From Dimorphilus gyrociliatus (taxonomy: Eukaryota; Animalia; Annelida): a stretch of DNA of 64,000 nucleotides. The notes beneath the pieces are model-generated. The model searched no databases and was not told the DNA's origin. It saw only the letters and a program-made list of their open reading frames with translations. Positions within the stretch are counted from its first letter, which is position 1, and every line of letters starts with the position of its first letter. Location of the stretch: contig CAJFCJ010000001.1 of assembly GCA_904063045.1 (NCBI GenBank), positions 2,790,001-2,854,000 of the forward strand, given 5' to 3'. Of this stretch, positions 60,101 through 64,000 are shown in pieces. The translations under genes were made by a program, and so were the position numbers.

Positions 60101-62621
60101 AGGAGAATGGAATTCAAGTCCTTGATTGGCCTCCATACTCTCCAGACCTCAACCCCATAGAGAATTTGTGGGGTTATTTAAAAATTAAAGTGTATGAAAT
60201 TCAAACACCAAAAACCCTTGACCATTTATGGGACAGGATACAGGAAGAGGTGGACAAAATCAATACAAGCAATAGAGATTTTGTGAAAAATTTATATAGA
60301 GGAATCGGGGAGAGAGTTTGGCAAGTTATTATCAATAAAGGAAACAGAATTAAAAAGTAGTTTTTAGACTGAGACAAAACGCAAAAATTTAGAAAAAAAA
60401 CCTTGACAAACTATGTAATTAAATTTATATAAATATTTTTGGCCATTTTTTTTGGGACTATTTTTAATGATAAATAAACATAGAATTAAAAAACATTCTT
60501 TTTTTTATATAAGAATATTTTTTTCAGTAAACTAAATCCATTTTCTGGTTTATAACATATTCTTCAACAAATATTTAAAAAAAGAACAAACAATTTTGTT
60601 GAAGAAATCCAAAAAAAAATTATTTTATAGAAAAAAAAAATTTTTTTTTTCATGTATAGATATTTATGACCGCGGCTGTATATATAGTATATTTGTAAAC
60701 GGTTTGTTTGCTTGTAGCCCCCCTCCCCCCTTAAGCTTTTTAACGTGAAAAGTTAACATAAGTCGGTTCCCTCTGACCGCAGCAAAGTTTGGATTATATC
60801 AAATTCCTGGCCACTTAAAATTGAATTGATAGTATTATTTTTCTCGAATTGTCATCTCGTCCAACATTTAAGTTAAATAAATTTATTTAAGATGTTTGTT
60901 TATTATTTAATGTAACACGCATATGTACCAGCTTACATATAAGAAATTTATGGAGATAGGTATGGCGTTATATAAATAAATAAATAAATAAACTCTAAGG
61001 TATTGTATATCAGGTGTCGTTCATGATTTTTTGTCTAAAATATCCTCAGTGTCTATATATTTTTCCTTGAGCTTTGATGAAATAGTAAAGAAAACGAAAT
61101 TTAGTGCGTAATCGGATTCGTTGTTTACAAGACAATCATTCTTTATCCAACTGAGAAAGAGTGTTTTCTCAAGTCGTTTTTCCCTTTCTTCTCGCCTTTA
61201 AACGGTTGGGAGGAGGGTGATTAATGGGTGCAACTGTTGTGTCTGATGGATGGCTAAGTGCCTCGGTTTGGCGGCTTATTTACTCGCTTAATCTACACGC
61301 ACACTGTGATTTTGTAAAATCTATTCTTAATAAACGATTAGGAGATAATGTGAGACTAATTAACGCCGATAAAGAGTCAAATTAGATTAGATAGTAGATA
61401 TCTACATCAATTTTCACCTGGAAAAATCTTCTCTATAGATTACAACTTACTGTACATAGTATACTGTATATTAAGTACTTAAGTCAATGAAGTCGATACT
61501 AGAAAGTCTGTAGAAATGACTAACAAAAAGCCTCACCTGGAACGCAAACGTACGACGGGCAACAACGACCTGGCCTTCTCGTCGCCGCTTCCACTCGCAT
61601 AATATGACCGTCCGGACAGGAAGCTGTAAACGGGCACTGATCTTCGGCTATACATTCGCATCTGTTTTATTTATAAAAAATTGAATTTATAGTGTCTATA
61701 TACCTTCTGGAAAAAAATCCTTATTTGGAAGAAGGGTAAACACTGGTAATTTAAGGTTAAAAGTACAGACATTGAGGTTAGAGTTTAACACGTAAAAGTG
61801 ACCCTTGTCATTTACTCTCTGCATCGTTTATTTTACTGTACATATTGACAAAAGCCGGATATTAAGTTATGAATTGCAAACATATTTTCTAAATATATAT
61901 ATATTGCTTTATAAATAGTAGTCCAGTATATTCATATGATTCCAAGTATTCACTAAGAAGAGACTTCAATAATACTAGTTAGTACAAATTCGTGTAATTT
62001 ATTGGGTACATATTTCTACAAAGAATTTCAAGACTTCATATAATTTTAGTTTACTTGAGGGGAAATTATTGTATGTGGTCATTATACAGTATTTTTACAG
62101 CAAAATATCCAATTGTTGACATAAGTTCGGGAATTCCTAACAATAACACCTAGGATAACAGTAACTATAAAAAGTCATTATTTAACAATTAATGTTAATA
62201 TGGACAATGACTGATTATTAAGTATTGCGAGTAACGTACTATTTATGTGTGTAAAGTGAATAAAAAGAAGATTTTCCGTGTGTTCTGCTAGCCATATGCT
62301 GAATAAACAAGGCAACCGTCGTTCCCCTTTCCCCTTTCCCCTCTAACATAATATAGGCGGTGAATTTTCTTCACAAAGCCCTCACAATATATCGTTGTCC
62401 CGACCTACTCGTATTCTATATACGGGTTCATACGGTCTATAAGCCTAATTAATATTCGTACAATTTTATGTATTATACTTACTCTTTTGGTATTATGCAG
62501 CAATTATTCAACCTCGATCGCGGCCTAATACTGTCCGGAGAACAGGGATGACGATTGAATTTCGGGCAATTCACGTCCAGACATTTTTCGAATCCCTTCA
62601 GAGAATCATCCGGAAGTGGAT
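54184..62621 (-). CDS. CRIM1: CRIM1-like type I membrane protein (VWC + antistasin-like repeats); 5' end not found in window
   Basis: Exons 62621-62483, 61661-61537 (CECIAEDQC...PGRCCPSYVC), from 57801 (VWC W.P.SCE.C.C..G), from about 57114 (antistasin-like CEFGFKKDEFNCEICEC) and from about 55772 (VWC x2). Last exon has TM helix WLLLGVVIMLTIAVIALVFALIW; stop 54184. Confidence 0.88.
59026..60678 (+). mobile_element. Full-length Tc1-family DNA transposon (1653 bp) in a CRIM1 intron, antisense to the host gene
   Basis: Termini CAGCCGCGGTCA / TGACCGCGGCTG, imperfect inverted match extending about 40 bp, TA flanks at 59024-59025 and 60679-60680, internal transposase. Confidence 0.95.
59368..60360 (+). 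pseudogene. Tc1 DD34E transposase interrupted by one in-frame TGA (59734-59736)
   Basis: HTH with GRP motif; VVFTDES, FQQDNAPPH, WPPYSPDLNPIENLW with 34 residues between D and E. The two ORF-track pieces are in the same frame with 16 sense codons between them. Confidence 0.92.
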
Positions 62622-64000
62622 CTGTATAGGGAGGCAAATCGAATTTTGTCTATACTATTCATGGCCGATTATTAATGAGACGTCAGTGACTGACAAGAGC
62701 CGTATATTTATATATCTTCAACTTTATAGACGTTATTTTTTATCCTCGTTTACCTACTAACTATATAAATTGTATTTATGGTTTTATATAGTATATATCG
62801 TAGCCTCGTCGAGGATAGTAATAGCACTATATTTTTCTCTAAGACCCCGCCCGACGATTCTTATACATGTGGCTAACAGTTTGAATAATAAAAAGGGTAA
62901 GTAATTAAAAATTGAGGCTAACGTCCGTTAATCGCTAGATTACGGGAATTTATCAAGCAATAACGCGTAGGACGAAAATATGTGGCTGAAAGCGCCCTTT
63001 TGTTGGATCAATCTTATTAATAAAAGAGGGGGTTGAGGAGTTATACGAGCAAGTGGGAGTAGGAACACCAAAAATCGACTTTGCTCTCTGGTCTTTTCAT
63101 CTTCCGTTTGACTTTAAACGGAAGTTGAGCCCCACCCAACAACAAATTATCATACTATACAGAGCCTTTTCTCTTTTTTTATTGAACAATAAAAGAACTT
63201 GCTAATTAGGGGTGAAACTTTTTAAATAAAGAGGTTAATCGATACTAAGCTGCACGTGTGATCAAACAGTAGTATATGTAATTACATACATAATCGATAT
63301 GCAATAACGCGCGCTCTCATCAATCATAAAAGCTGTTTACGGACGGCATACTAGAAATTCTTGTCAATCTCGCCGGTGCACCAAGTCAAATATTCAATAA
63401 AGCTGATAATGGATGATAGCGTACGGGATTTTTTATCTTATTAAAACAATTATACAAATTTTTTTAAAATGGATTATTGCTGTTTCCAAAACTGTCTTTC
63501 TCGTTAATCTCTACTTCTTTTACTTTACTTGCTATTCCAGCTATCTATCTCTATAATTTCTTTTCCTTTTTAGTCTTTCGCTATTAATCTTTTTTTATAT
63601 ACTTCTCTCTCTCCTACTCTTTGCCTTTCTCCTTCCCTGCCTATTTATCTCTCACTCCCTCTCTGTCTCTTGCTCTCTTTAGCTCGTTCGCTCTCTATCT
63701 ATCCCACTCGCCCACTCGCTTTCTCCTTTGTCTTCATCCTTCATTACTGCTTCCGTCAATCCCCCTTTTTTAAGGGGTAGAATTTATGAAGCTGACATAG
63801 ATTTTCTACAGCGATAACGCGATTTTCGCGTGATAGGCCTACATTTCACTTCTACTTTAGCCTAACGAGTGTTTGACGAATGACTCGACACATTCTATAA
63901 CTGGCTTAAGACGACGACAACCAAGAATAATCTATCGTTTTATTAAAAAAATTTCCTCTTATAAAATAAGAGTAATCCTACATAATTTTTGAACAAAACA

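Noticed and set aside
1-64000. tRNA, rRNA, snRNA genes and CRISPR arrays
   Set aside because: No T-loop/cloverleaf, rRNA-like or repeat-spacer pattern was seen by eye. tRNAscan-SE and Infernal would be needed to exclude them formally.

Overview
AT-rich, gene-dense eukaryotic (metazoan, probably spiralian) genomic DNA with many short GT-AG introns (most of those measured are 55-90 nt), several divergent gene pairs and closely abutting 3' ends. The architecture fits a miniaturised genome such as that of a meiofaunal annelid, but the organism is only inferred. I reconstruct about 20 protein-coding genes: CCDC130/YJU2B (3' end), SPEF2, two intronless MKK3/6-like kinases flanking CHCHD4, TM2D1, UQCRH, MCM8, a VPS9D1-like gene, a secreted EGF/TSP1-like protein, a winged-helix + nucleoside-phosphorylase-fold protein, profilin, snf (U1A/U2B''), a giant-like PAR-bZIP, DCAF5, RPS5, TRMT10B, two unassigned genes, ZNF839-like and CRIM1-like (5' incomplete). 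There are also a near-intact Tc1 element and a deleted mariner remnant. No rRNA, tRNA or CRISPR was seen. The most interesting leads: (1) the EGF protein carries a vertebrate-like gamma-carboxylase recognition propeptide followed by a Cys-less Gla-like segment; (2) PAR/D-box sites cluster around the PAR-bZIP gene itself; (3) a structure-masked candidate poison exon lies in an RPS5 intron; (4) the duplicated intronless MAP2Ks differ in their docking site; (5) several splicing oddities (U12-type intron, 9-nt microexon, hidden cassette exons). All exon structures and homologies come from manual reading and remembered family motifs, not database searches.
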